A stretch of DNA of 62,000 bases from Hyalangium minutum (GTDB taxonomy: Bacteria; Myxococcota; Myxococcia; Myxococcales; Myxococcaceae), in the NCBI RefSeq assembly GCF_000737315.1, contig NZ_JMCB01000013.1, positions 144,001-206,000 of the forward strand. The letters run 5' to 3'. Made by a program: the position numbers and the translations under genes. Position 1 is the first letter of the stretch. Each line of letters starts with the position of its first letter. Below are positions 1-8,610 of the stretch, piece after piece. The notes under the pieces are model-generated. The model was given only the letters and a program-made list of their open reading frames with translations. It had not been told where the DNA came from and did no database searches.

Positions 1-2
1 AG

Positions 3-296
3 CACTGCGACGTCGTCATCCTCGAAACGGGCGAGTCCCGGTGGCGGATGCTGGCGGAGATCCTCCAGTCTCGCTCTCCGGACGTGCTCCTGTTGGCCAA
101 CCCCCAGGCGGACCTGTCGGACCTGCTGGAGGCCATCGGCCTGCGACTGGACCTGGTGGGCTTTGGCTCCTCGGCGGGCACCCAGGCCCTGCCGGAGCGG
201 GTGAGGATGCTGCTGGTGAGCCGGAGCATCCAGCGGGCGCAGACGCGGCTCGCCAACGCCCTGCTGCTCTTCCACCGCAGCATCTCCCGCCGCTGA
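3..296 (+). CDS. 3' end of a hypothetical protein (runs off the window start); possibly a degenerate receiver-like domain
   Basis: Frame is open from position 3 (HCDVVILETGESRWRML...) to TGA 294-296 with high-GC3 codon usage; no diagnostic motif. Confidence 0.55.
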   Translation, partial: HCDVVILETGESRWRMLAEILQSRSPDVLLLANPQADLSDLLEAIGLRLDLVGFGSSAGTQALPERVRMLLVSRSIQRAQTRLANALLLFHRSISRR

Positions 297-308
297 GCTG
301 AACCCGAG

Positions 309-328
309 GCGCCAGGAAAACCTGGCGC
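309..328 (+). terminator. Hairpin downstream of the partial CDS
   Basis: GCGCCAGG-AAAA-CCTGGCGC, a perfect 8-bp stem, but followed by only TT. Confidence 0.35.
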
Positions 329-350
329 TTGGACTCGCTCGCAGACCCGC

Positions 351-390
351 AAAAGCGAAGCGCCCGCTCTCCACGAGGAAGAGCGGGCGC
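351..390 (-). terminator. Intrinsic terminator of the gltX/tRNA transcript
   Basis: On the minus strand GCGCCCGCTCT...AGAGCGGGCGC (11-bp stem) is followed by TTCGCTTTT, directly after tRNA-Glu. Confidence 0.65.
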
Positions 391-396
391 CTCAGT

Positions 397-468
397 TGAC
401 CCTGCCGGGATTCGAACCCGAGTTTGTGCCGTGAGAGGGCACCGTCCTAACCACTAGACGACAGGGCC
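397..468 (-). tRNA. tRNA-Glu (anticodon CTC)
   Basis: Reverse complement GGCCCTG...CAGGGTCA gives the acceptor stem; anticodon arm GTGCC-CT-CTC-AC-GGCAC; GGTTCGAATCC T-arm; CCA not encoded. Confidence 0.96.
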
Positions 469-527
469 GTTCAACTGCGCCTTCAAGTATCGCTTCGGCA
501 TCCTTGCGTCAACCGAAGTTTTTCGAG

Positions 528-598
528 CTGGGGAACTAGGATTCGAACCTAGATAAGCAGAGTCAGAGTCTGCTGTCCTGCCGTTAGACGATTCCCCA
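528..598 (-). tRNA. tRNA-Gln (anticodon CTG)
   Basis: Reverse complement TGGGGAA...TTCCCCAG gives the acceptor stem; anticodon arm GCAGA-CT-CTG-AC-TCTGC; GGTTCGAATCC T-arm. Confidence 0.96.
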
Positions 599-665
599 AG
601 AGCTGCCGTGCTGCGTGCTGCCGACTTCGAAACCTCTCCTACCACAACTCGCCGGGCTTCGTGAA

Positions 666-1085
666 CTACCGAGTTTTCTTCCCCGACTTCGTCTCCGGCG
701 TCTTCCTGACGGGAGCCTGCTTCGGAGGCGCAGGCACCGGAACGACATAGATGCGAACCTCGTCGTTCGCTTCATAAATGTTCAACCCGTCGAAGTTCTT
801 CCCCGAGGGGTTGACGATGTGCACCGCCTTCACGCCCGGCTGGTTGACGATCGGCTTTCGAGGATACGCCTGAGACGGATACACCGTCCGATAGTACTTC
901 AGCGTCTCCTCATAGCCCTGCGGCGCCCGATACCTGTTCTCGCCCACCCTCTGCGCGCCGTCGGGGAGCTGCGCCCCGCTGACCGTCTCCGCCCCCGCCC
1001 CCGTCACCCACAGGACGGCCACAGCCGCCCAGAGCGGGCGCGGCTTATAGAAACGGCTCTTCAGGCTGTCAAGCGCTCGCGACAT
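666..1085 (-). CDS. Hypothetical, probably secreted protein
   Basis: 139-aa ORF with typical codon usage, a signal-peptide-like hydrophobic stretch (LWAAVAVLWVTGAGA) and a basic Pro/Lys tail. Confidence 0.75.
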   Translation of the reverse strand: MSRALDSLKSRFYKPRPLWAAVAVLWVTGAGAETVSGAQLPDGAQRVGENRYRAPQGYEETLKYYRTVYPSQAYPRKPIVNQPGVKAVHIVNPSGKNFDGLNIYEANDEVRIYVVPVPAPPKQAPVRKTPETKSGKKTR

Positions 1086-1151
1086 GGGGCGGCAAGATAG
1101 GGCCCGGCTGCGGCGTCGTCTACCGCCATCGCACGGGCCCCGGTTCAGGTG

Positions 1152-2582
1152 TCAGCCGCGTGCCAGGGCCGCATCCAGCCGGCGCAGGGCCTCGTCCTTG
1201 CCCATGAGGAGCAGCGTCTCGCCGATGCCCGGGCTCACCGTGTTGCCGGTGATGGCCACCCGGATGGGCTGCGCCACCTTGCCCATGCCCACGCCTGCTT
1301 TCTCGCTCACCGTCTTGATGACCGAGTCCAGGCCCGCCACGGTCCACTCCGGCATGGCCGCCACCTCGTCGCGCACCTGCCGGACGAGCTTCAGCGAATC
1401 CGCCGTGAGGTGCTTGGCCGCCGCCTTCTCGTCCAGCGTCACGCCCTGGAGCAGGTAGGGCACGGCCATGGTGGCCATCTCCTCCAGCGTCTTGGCGCGC
1501 TCGCGGAAGGCGATGACGAAGTGCTCCAGGCGCGCGTCGTCCGCGGGCAGCGCGTGGCCCTTGTCCGCGAGGAACGGCGCCAGCCGCCGGGCGATGTCCG
1601 CCGGGGGCAGCGTCTTCAGGTAGTGCTGGTTCAGCCACAGCAGCTTGTCCGGGTTCCACACGCCGGAGGTGCTGCCCACATCCTTGAAGTCGAACCACTC
1701 GACCATCTGCTGGCGGGAGATGACCTCGTCGTTGCCGTGGCTCCAGCCCAGGCGGATGACGAAGTTGAGCAGGGCCTCCGGGAGGATCCCGTTGGCCTTG
1801 TGCAACATGACGTCCGCCTCCTTGTGCTTGCGCTTGGAGAGCTTCTCGCGGTCCGGCCCGAGGATGAGCGGCAGGTGCGCGAACTGCGGCGGTTGCCACC
1901 CGAACGCCTGGTAGAGCATCAGCTGGGGGAAGGTGGAGTTCACGTGCTCCTGCCCGCGCGACACCAGGGTGATCTCCATCAGGTGATCGTCGAGGACGCA
2001 GCCGTAGTTGTAGAGGGGGATGCCGTCGCCGCGCATCATGACCCAGTCATCCAGGTCCGAGTACTCCTTGGTGATCTTCCCCAGCACCAGGTCGTCGAAC
2101 GAGACGGAGCCCTCTTGCGAGGGCATCTTGAAGCGAATCACGTGGTGGCGCCCCTCGGGAGCGTCCTTGCGCTCGCGGCAGGTGCCCTCGTACTTGTAGG
2201 TGCGGCCCTCCTTCTCCGCCTGGGCGCGGCGCTCCTTGAGCTCCTCCTGGGTGCAGTAGCACCGGTAGGCCTTGCCCGCGGCGATGAGCTGATCGATGTG
2301 CTGGCGGTAGGTGTCCAGCCGCTGCGTCTGGAAGTAGGGCGGGAAGGGGCCGCCCTTGTCGGGGCCCTCGTCCCAGTCGATGTCCAGCCACTTGAGCCCG
2401 TCCAGGATGGCCTTCAGCGAGGCCTCCGTGGAGCGCTCCAGGTCCGTGTCCTCGATGCGCAGGATGAACGTGCCGCCGAAGCGGCGCGCATAGAGGTAGT
2501 TGAACAGCGCGGTCCGGGCGCCACCAATGTGCAGGTAGCCGGTAGGAGAGGGTGCGAAACGTACGCGGTGAGCGGAGGCCAT
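1152..2582 (-). CDS. gltX: Glutamate--tRNA ligase
   Basis: RVRFAPSPTGYLHIGG (HIGH), LRIEDTD, CYC, RGQEH and KLSKR (KMSKS) motifs; next to tRNA-Glu/Gln. Confidence 0.97.
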   Translation of the reverse strand: MASAHRVRFAPSPTGYLHIGGARTALFNYLYARRFGGTFILRIEDTDLERSTEASLKAILDGLKWLDIDWDEGPDKGGPFPPYFQTQRLDTYRQHIDQLIAAGKAYRCYCTQEELKERRAQAEKEGRTYKYEGTCRERKDAPEGRHHVIRFKMPSQEGSVSFDDLVLGKITKEYSDLDDWVMMRGDGIPLYNYGCVLDDHLMEITLVSRGQEHVNSTFPQLMLYQAFGWQPPQFAHLPLILGPDREKLSKRKHKEADVMLHKANGILPEALLNFVIRLGWSHGNDEVISRQQMVEWFDFKDVGSTSGVWNPDKLLWLNQHYLKTLPPADIARRLAPFLADKGHALPADDARLEHFVIAFRERAKTLEEMATMAVPYLLQGVTLDEKAAAKHLTADSLKLVRQVRDEVAAMPEWTVAGLDSVIKTVSEKAGVGMGKVAQPIRVAITGNTVSPGIGETLLLMGKDEALRRLDAALARG

Positions 2583-2694
2583 ATGAGGAGGCGCGGATTA
2601 GCAAGCGGGGGGATGACTGGTCAACGCGTGTCCAACAGTGAGCCGAGCGTTGCTGGAACCCATGGGCTACACTGACGGCAACAGAGGTGACCTG

Positions 2695-3270
2695 ATGACA
2701 CTCCGCACCATGATCTCCGCGCTCCTGGCCGTCGCCCTGCTGGCCGGGCTGCCAGCAGCCGCCACGACGATGCTCCGAATCGACCTGCCCGAGCTGGCCC
2801 AGGGCTCTGACACCGTGGTCCATGGCACCGTGCGCCGCACGGAGAGCCGGTGGAGCGCGGACAAGCGCCGCATCGTCACCGATGTGGAGATTGAAGTGGC
2901 GGAGACGCTCAAGGGGCAGGCGGGCAACACGGTGCTCGTCGTCCAGCCAGGGGGCCGGGTAGGGGACATTGGCCAGGTCGTCCACGGGCTGGCCTCGTTC
3001 TCCGAGGGCGAGGAGGTGGTGGTGTTCCTCGAGCGCCGCGGCACGAGCGCCTTCCGCGTCATGGGCATGGCCCAGGGCAAGTACCAGGTTCGCCGCTCCG
3101 CCGATGACCGCTCGGCGCTTGCTGTGCCGGACAACACGGGGGACGCGCTGCTGCTGGACCCGTCGACGCGCCAGCCGAGCACCACCGCGCAGCGGACGCT
3201 CACGCTCGACGAGCTCAAGGCCGCCATCAAGACCGCCTTGCAGCAGCCAGGGCAGGAGAAGCGCCAGTGA
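2695..3270 (+). CDS. Secreted hypothetical protein, first gene of the metalloprotease operon
   Basis: ATG 2695 after a GAGGTG RBS; signal peptide (ALLAVALLAGLPAAA); stop overlaps the next start. Confidence 0.8.
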   Translation: MTLRTMISALLAVALLAGLPAAATTMLRIDLPELAQGSDTVVHGTVRRTESRWSADKRRIVTDVEIEVAETLKGQAGNTVLVVQPGGRVGDIGQVVHGLASFSEGEEVVVFLERRGTSAFRVMGMAQGKYQVRRSADDRSALAVPDNTGDALLLDPSTRQPSTTAQRTLTLDELKAAIKTALQQPGQEKRQ

Positions 3271-4163
3271 TGATTCCCGCATTGGTACTCGCCCTCTCGC
3301 TGGGCCAGGTCTCCTCGGCTCCCTATGCGCGCAGCCGCGCCGATGCGGGCGATTCCTCGTCGCAGTGCCTCTTCTGGACGGTGCCGAAGATCACCTGGTA
3401 CCAGAGCTCCGTCGGCAACCCGCCGACGAAGCCCGCAGGCTCCGAGTTCGATGCCGTCCGCCGCTCCTTCCAGAACTGGCAGGAGGTCTTCTCCTCGTGC
3501 GGCAACCTCTCCATGGCGGAGGGGGGCACGGTGAATGACCGAGAGGTGGGCTACGAGGTGGGCGGTGACAACCGCAACCTCGTGCTCTTCCGCCAGCGCC
3601 GGTGCTCGGAGGTGGCGCCGTCCAATGACTCCTGCTGGACTGACGACGTCTGCGGCAACAAGTACGACTGCTGGAGCAATGACAGCCAGACGATCGCCGT
3701 CACCCTCACCACGTACGACGAGATCTCCGGCATCATCTACGACTCGGACATCGAGCTGAACACGCCGGGCTTCTACTTCACCACGTCGGATGGGCCGCTC
3801 TGCAATCTGCCGGTGACGACCACCCACTGTGTCTCCACCGACGTGGAGAACACGATGACGCACGAGATCGGTCACTTCATCGGACTGGACCACACCACCT
3901 ACCTGGGCTCGACGATGAACCCTCGGGCTCAGCCCGGAGAGACGTCCAAGCGGACCATCGATCAGGGCTCCAAGGACTTCGTCTGCGCGGCGTATCCGAA
4001 GGGGAAGCCCAGCGTGGCCTGCATCCATCCCACCACGGAGCAGACGCTGGGGCGCAAGGCCGCGCTGGCGGGCTGCTCCAGCGCCGGGGCCGAGGCGTGG
4101 TTGCCCGCGCTGGCGGGTTGGGTCCTGCTGGCCGTGCGCCGCCGCCGGGGGGCTGGCGCGTGA
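3267..4163 (+). CDS. Matrixin-like (metzincin) metalloprotease with MYXO-CTERM-type C-terminal anchor
   Basis: Signal peptide; HEIGHFIGLDH zinc motif; Met-turn STMNP; C-terminal GC + hydrophobic helix + RRRR. Confidence 0.88.
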   Translation: MMIPALVLALSLGQVSSAPYARSRADAGDSSSQCLFWTVPKITWYQSSVGNPPTKPAGSEFDAVRRSFQNWQEVFSSCGNLSMAEGGTVNDREVGYEVGGDNRNLVLFRQRRCSEVAPSNDSCWTDDVCGNKYDCWSNDSQTIAVTLTTYDEISGIIYDSDIELNTPGFYFTTSDGPLCNLPVTTTHCVSTDVENTMTHEIGHFIGLDHTTYLGSTMNPRAQPGETSKRTIDQGSKDFVCAAYPKGKPSVACIHPTTEQTLGRKAALAGCSSAGAEAWLPALAGWVLLAVRRRRGAGA

Positions 4164-5071
4164 GCCGTCTCCTGCCGCTCCTGCTGGCGGTCCTGTTCAT
4201 GGCGCCTGCCGCGGGAGCGCAGGTCTACCGGCGCACCGCGGTGCCCGGCCAGCCGCTGTGCCTCAACTGGCTCAGCCGCGAGTTCGTCTACCACGTCGAC
4301 TCCCAGGGCAGCCTCCGCACGCCCCGGGACACCGAGTTCCCCGCCATCGAAGCCTCGTTCGACACTTGGCGGACGCTCTCGGCGACGTGCAGTGACTTCA
4401 CCTTCGTCCGCGGCCCGGACGTGGACCGCCCCTTCGTGGGCTATGACAAGACCCCGGGCGCGGAGAACCAGAACGTCATCACCTTCCGGGAGACCGCTTG
4501 CCGGGATGTCGTTCCGTTCGATGATCCGTGCATCGACGCGGAGACCTGCGCGAACGATTTCTCCTGCTGGGAGCATGGGGACCTGACCATTGGGCTCACC
4601 ACGACGACTTTCAGCTTCAAGAACGGCGTCATCCTGGACGCGGACATCGAGCTCAATGCCTCGCAGCCCGGAGGCAACCTGGGCTTCCTCTTTACCGTCG
4701 TCAGCTCCCCGCTCTGCGAGGGCCTCCCCAACCCGGACTGCGTGGCCATAGACCTGCAGAACACGCTGACCCATGAGATTGGCCACGCCATGGGGCTTGA
4801 TCACGTGTTCGAGCCGCTCTCCACCATGGAGGCCTCAGCACCCCCAGGTGAGACGACGAAGCGGATCCTCGATGTGGGCACCTCCGCAGGCTTCTGTGAC
4901 ACGTACCCGCGCGGTCTGCCTCCCACGCAGTGCACCGCGCTCGGCGTGTCGAGCAAGAACCTCTTGGCCCAGAGCGCGGGGACTACCTGCGCGGCGGCCC
5001 CGGGAGGGCTGCTGCCCGGTGTGCTGCTGAGCCTGTGGATGCTCCGGCTCCGGCGCAGGGCTCGCCGCTAG
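4160..5071 (+). CDS. Second matrixin-like metalloprotease with MYXO-CTERM-type anchor (paralog of the upstream gene)
   Basis: GTG 4160 overlaps the upstream TGA; HEIGHAMGLDH; STM Met-turn; C-terminal TC + hydrophobic helix + RRRARR. Confidence 0.88.
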   Translation: MSRLLPLLLAVLFMAPAAGAQVYRRTAVPGQPLCLNWLSREFVYHVDSQGSLRTPRDTEFPAIEASFDTWRTLSATCSDFTFVRGPDVDRPFVGYDKTPGAENQNVITFRETACRDVVPFDDPCIDAETCANDFSCWEHGDLTIGLTTTTFSFKNGVILDADIELNASQPGGNLGFLFTVVSSPLCEGLPNPDCVAIDLQNTLTHEIGHAMGLDHVFEPLSTMEASAPPGETTKRILDVGTSAGFCDTYPRGLPPTQCTALGVSSKNLLAQSAGTTCAAAPGGLLPGVLLSLWMLRLRRRARR

Positions 5072-5080
5072 GGGGCGCCC

Positions 5081-5800
5081 ATGGGCGTCGCGTTCTTCGA
5101 TCTCGACAAGACGCTGCTCGCGGTGAACTCCGCCACGCTGTGGATCCGCCGTGAGGTGGCCCTGGGCCACATCTCCCGTCTTCAGGCACTTCGCGCCAGC
5201 CTGTGGATCGCCCGCTACCACCTGGGCTTCGTCTCCATGCAGGACGCGGTGGTCGCGGCCATTGCCCAGCTGGCGGGCACCTCGGCTCAGGCGCTCCAGG
5301 ATCGCACCACCGCCTTCTATGAGGCGCAGGTCCGTCCGCTCTATCGCCCCGGCGCCCTTCGCGCCGTCGAAGAGCATCGCGGCGCGGGAGATCGGCTGGT
5401 GCTGCTGACGTCCTCCTCGGGCTACCTCTCAGAGCTCGTCTTGCGCGATCTGCGCCTGGACGCCATCCTCTGCAACCGCTTCGAGGTGGATGCGCACGGC
5501 CTGCACACCGGCCGTCCTCTGGGAGATGTCTGCTTCGGATCGGGCAAGCTCACCCACGCGGAGCGCTACTCCCGGGAGGCGGGCTTCGCGCTGTCCCAGT
5601 GCTCCTTCTATACGGACTCGTATTCGGATCTGCCCGTGCTGGAGGTGGTGGGGAGGCCCGTGGCCGTGCACCCGGACTACCGCCTGCGCCGCGAGGCGGT
5701 GCGGCGCGGCTGGCCGGTGGTGGACTGGGGTGTGCCCTCCATCGGGGCCCCGGCCGCCGGTTCGCCTGCGTCTCCGCAGGCGGGCTCCGGCGCCGGGTGA
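5081..5800 (+). CDS. HAD-IB (SerB-like) family hydrolase
   Basis: FFDLDKTL motif I, LTSS motif II, K, and YTDSYSDLP motif IV. Confidence 0.88.
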   Translation: MGVAFFDLDKTLLAVNSATLWIRREVALGHISRLQALRASLWIARYHLGFVSMQDAVVAAIAQLAGTSAQALQDRTTAFYEAQVRPLYRPGALRAVEEHRGAGDRLVLLTSSSGYLSELVLRDLRLDAILCNRFEVDAHGLHTGRPLGDVCFGSGKLTHAERYSREAGFALSQCSFYTDSYSDLPVLEVVGRPVAVHPDYRLRREAVRRGWPVVDWGVPSIGAPAAGSPASPQAGSGAG

Positions 5801-5807
5801 GCGGCGC

Positions 5808-7808
5808 TCAGCGCCGCGGCATCTGCAACTTGATGTTGAACACGTAGTCCACCGCGACCACCTGGCCCTTATAGAGGATGGGCTTGTAGACGCGCGACAG
5901 CAGCGCCGCCACCACCGTCTGCTCCATGAGCGGCACGGACTTGAGCACGCGGCAGCTCTGCACGCGGCCCTCGCGGGTGATGGTGCACTTCACCAGCATG
6001 GTTCCCTGCACCCGGGCCGCCAGCGCCTCGCGGGTATAGGTGATCTCCTTGCCTTCGAGCTGCTCCGGCCGGCTCATGCCATCGCCGTACGGCATGGGCT
6101 TGGCGCCCGCCGCAGCGAGCACGTTGGCCGGGAGCACCTGCACGGCCCCCCCGCTGCCTGACGTCTCCGTGGGAGCGTTGTCGGAATCGGCCGCCTTGGC
6201 CACGGGCGCCGAGGGCGCCAGGGACTCCGCCGGATGCAGCGAGGCCATGGAGGTGGCGGGCTCCAGGCTGGAGCCGCGCGCACTGGCGAACTCGGTCCTC
6301 GAGCCCGGCAGGCCTCCCCGGCGCCTCTGCAGCTTCTGCGAGAGCACCACGTCTCCCGAGCCACCGGTGATCACGGCCTCGGTCTGGTAGCCCTCGAGCG
6401 CGAAGACGAGCTCGGCCGTCACCGTGCCGTCGCCGCCCGCGGGGAGCTCCAGGACGAACGGCGTCGTGCCGCGCTCCTTGCCCTGGTAATAGACGCGCGC
6501 GCCCGTGGGCTCGCTCATGAGGCGGAAGCGCACCTTCTGGGGCGCCGCCTGCGTGGGCTCGGGCGCGGCCGGGGGAGGCGTCGAGGGAGCCGGGGCCGCC
6601 GCGGGCGTTGCCTCGGCCACCACGGGTGCGGCGGGAGGGGCCTCCTTCGGGCGCATCACGGCGAACGTCGTCCCCAGCCCGAGGACGATGGCACCCCCAG
6701 CCAGCGCCAGGGCCAGCGTCTTGCGCTTGCGGCCCTTGGCCGCCGACTCGGGCTCCTCGACGCTGATGTCCAGCGCCAGGGTGGAAGAGCTGGTGTCCGT
6801 GGCTGCGGCGGACGCGAAGGCAGGGGAGGGGTGGGGGCCCGTGGTCGCCCCGGCACCGGGACGCTTGAAGATGCCGCTGTGGCCACCGGCGGCCATGTTG
6901 GCCGTCCGCAGCGCCTCCAGCATCTCGTCCATGGACTGGTAGCGCCGCGCGGGATCCTTCTCCAGGCAGCGCATCACCACGTGCTCGATGTCCGCGGGTA
7001 CGGGGTGGTGCGGCCGCAGCGAGTTGAAGGGCGGAGGCGGCTCCTTGCAGTGCGCGAAGATGAGCTCCAGGTGGTCCCGCGCGATGAACGGTGGGCGGCC
7101 CTGCAGCATCTGGTACATCACCACGCCCAGCGAGTAGATGTCGCTGCGCGCGTCCGACACGTTGCGCGCCTGCTCCGGAGCCATGTACTGCGGCGAGCCG
7201 AGGAACGTGCCGCTCTGGGTGATCTCCGGGTTGAGTGCCGCCTGGGCCTCATTCTCGGCGATGTACTTCACCAGGCCGAAGTCCAGCACCTTCACCAGAT
7301 CCTGGTCCGACTCATTCAGGAGCATGATGTTGGCGGGCTTCAGGTCCCGGTGGACGATGCCGATGCCGTGGGCCTCGCGCAGGGAGCGACAGACCTGTTG
7401 CACGATGGCAATCACCCGGCTCCACGGCAGGGAGCCAGATTGGGCGAGCGCCTGCGCAAGTGTCCTACCCTCCAGGTACTCCATGGCGATGTAGTAGATG
7501 CCGTCTTCGCTCTGGCCGTAGTCGATCACCGTCACCGTATTGGGGTGGCGGAGCTTGGACGTGAGCGAGGCCTCGCGCAGGAAGCGCTGCTGAAAGCCGG
7601 GATCCTTGGTGCTGGGGAAGCTGGGGTTGAGGACCTTGAGCGCCACCACCCGGTCCAGCGGGGCCTGCATGGCCTTGTACACCTTGCCCATGCCGCCGAT
7701 GCCAATCGGCTCGGTGATGCTGAAGCGACCATTGAGTGTCCGGCCAACGAGCGGATCCCCCCCGGGGGTCGCAACGGCCTCAGTGCTCGGAGCGTCACTC
7801 TTGATCAT
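5808..7808 (-). CDS. Membrane Ser/Thr protein kinase with a PEGA-like region and a C-terminal TonB_C domain
   Basis: GIGGMGKVY, VALK, HRDLKPANIML, DFG and GSPQYMAPE; one TM helix; C-terminal YTREALAARVQGTMLVKCTITREGRV...YKP...VDYVFNI is TonB-like. Start uncertain (ORF extends to 7868). Confidence 0.88.
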   Translation of the reverse strand: MIKSDAPSTEAVATPGGDPLVGRTLNGRFSITEPIGIGGMGKVYKAMQAPLDRVVALKVLNPSFPSTKDPGFQQRFLREASLTSKLRHPNTVTVIDYGQSEDGIYYIAMEYLEGRTLAQALAQSGSLPWSRVIAIVQQVCRSLREAHGIGIVHRDLKPANIMLLNESDQDLVKVLDFGLVKYIAENEAQAALNPEITQSGTFLGSPQYMAPEQARNVSDARSDIYSLGVVMYQMLQGRPPFIARDHLELIFAHCKEPPPPFNSLRPHHPVPADIEHVVMRCLEKDPARRYQSMDEMLEALRTANMAAGGHSGIFKRPGAGATTGPHPSPAFASAAATDTSSSTLALDISVEEPESAAKGRKRKTLALALAGGAIVLGLGTTFAVMRPKEAPPAAPVVAEATPAAAPAPSTPPPAAPEPTQAAPQKVRFRLMSEPTGARVYYQGKERGTTPFVLELPAGGDGTVTAELVFALEGYQTEAVITGGSGDVVLSQKLQRRRGGLPGSRTEFASARGSSLEPATSMASLHPAESLAPSAPVAKAADSDNAPTETSGSGGAVQVLPANVLAAAGAKPMPYGDGMSRPEQLEGKEITYTREALAARVQGTMLVKCTITREGRVQSCRVLKSVPLMEQTVVAALLSRVYKPILYKGQVVAVDYVFNIKLQMPRR

Positions 7809-8043
7809 TCCTGCCCCCTGCCTGCAAACGACATCCATGCCTCCGTCCCGGGTCCCGGTGACCATCAAACCACAACCGCAAGTCCGCCGCGATCACCGCC
7901 CAGCACCCACCGTATCAGGTCGGACACAGCGTTTTGGAGCAGCCGAGGAAGCGACCTTGGCCGCTCGCCCGCATTGACGGTCCTCCATTGGGCAGACTAC
8001 GTTTCGGACTTACCCGAGCCCGATTTTCGGGTGGGTCTCCCCG

Positions 8044-8610
8044 ATGGCTGAAACTCCCACAAATCCGGCGGAATCCCAGGCCCAACGTGCCTCTGTCCAG
8101 CGGCGGCTGATCTCGCTGGAGAACGAGCTGGCGCGGCTGCGGCGAGAACTCTTTCACCTTGGCGGCGAACACCGGCTGCCCGGGCTTTTCCTCACTGTAG
8201 AGGTCGCCGGCACCCAGGTGCTCTTGCCTTCTGACGCAGTGCAGGAGGTGGTCCGGCTGGTGGAGCTGCAGATCCTCCCAAGCTCACCCCCGCATGTGCT
8301 GGGCGCCTTCGTCTACCGAGGCGTGTCCGCCATCGCGGTGGATCTGGCCCGGATGATGGGGGTGGAGCGCGAGCCCTCGCTGGATGCCCACCTGGTGGTG
8401 TGCTCCGGCATCCGCACCGTGGCGCTGCTGGTGGACCACGTGCAGGACATCGTCGAGGCACCGTTGCTGGTGGATCGGGTGGAGGAGACCGAACAGAGGT
8501 CTCCGTGGGACAAGACCGGCTTGATGGCGGGGCTGTGCCGCTCTTCGGATGGCGCCTTGCGCCCGCTCTTGAAGACCTCGGCCATCCTAGCGGTCCCGGA
8601 GGAGACGTGA
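8044..8610 (+). CDS. cheW: CheW-like coupling protein
   Basis: VQEVV...PHVLGAFVYRG...VDLARMMG CheW pattern; first gene of the che cluster. Confidence 0.85.
   Translation: MAETPTNPAESQAQRASVQRRLISLENELARLRRELFHLGGEHRLPGLFLTVEVAGTQVLLPSDAVQEVVRLVELQILPSSPPHVLGAFVYRGVSAIAVDLARMMGVEREPSLDAHLVVCSGIRTVALLVDHVQDIVEAPLLVDRVEETEQRSPWDKTGLMAGLCRSSDGALRPLLKTSAILAVPEET

Noticed and set aside
397-598. tRNA genes as a possible integration site
   Set aside because: No duplicated tRNA 3' end, integrase or cargo nearby.
7957-7974. TTGGCCGCTCGCCCGCAT, GG-N10-GC spacing upstream of cheW
   Set aside because: Poor match outside the dinucleotides; likely by chance at this GC content, and no palindromic sites are nearby.
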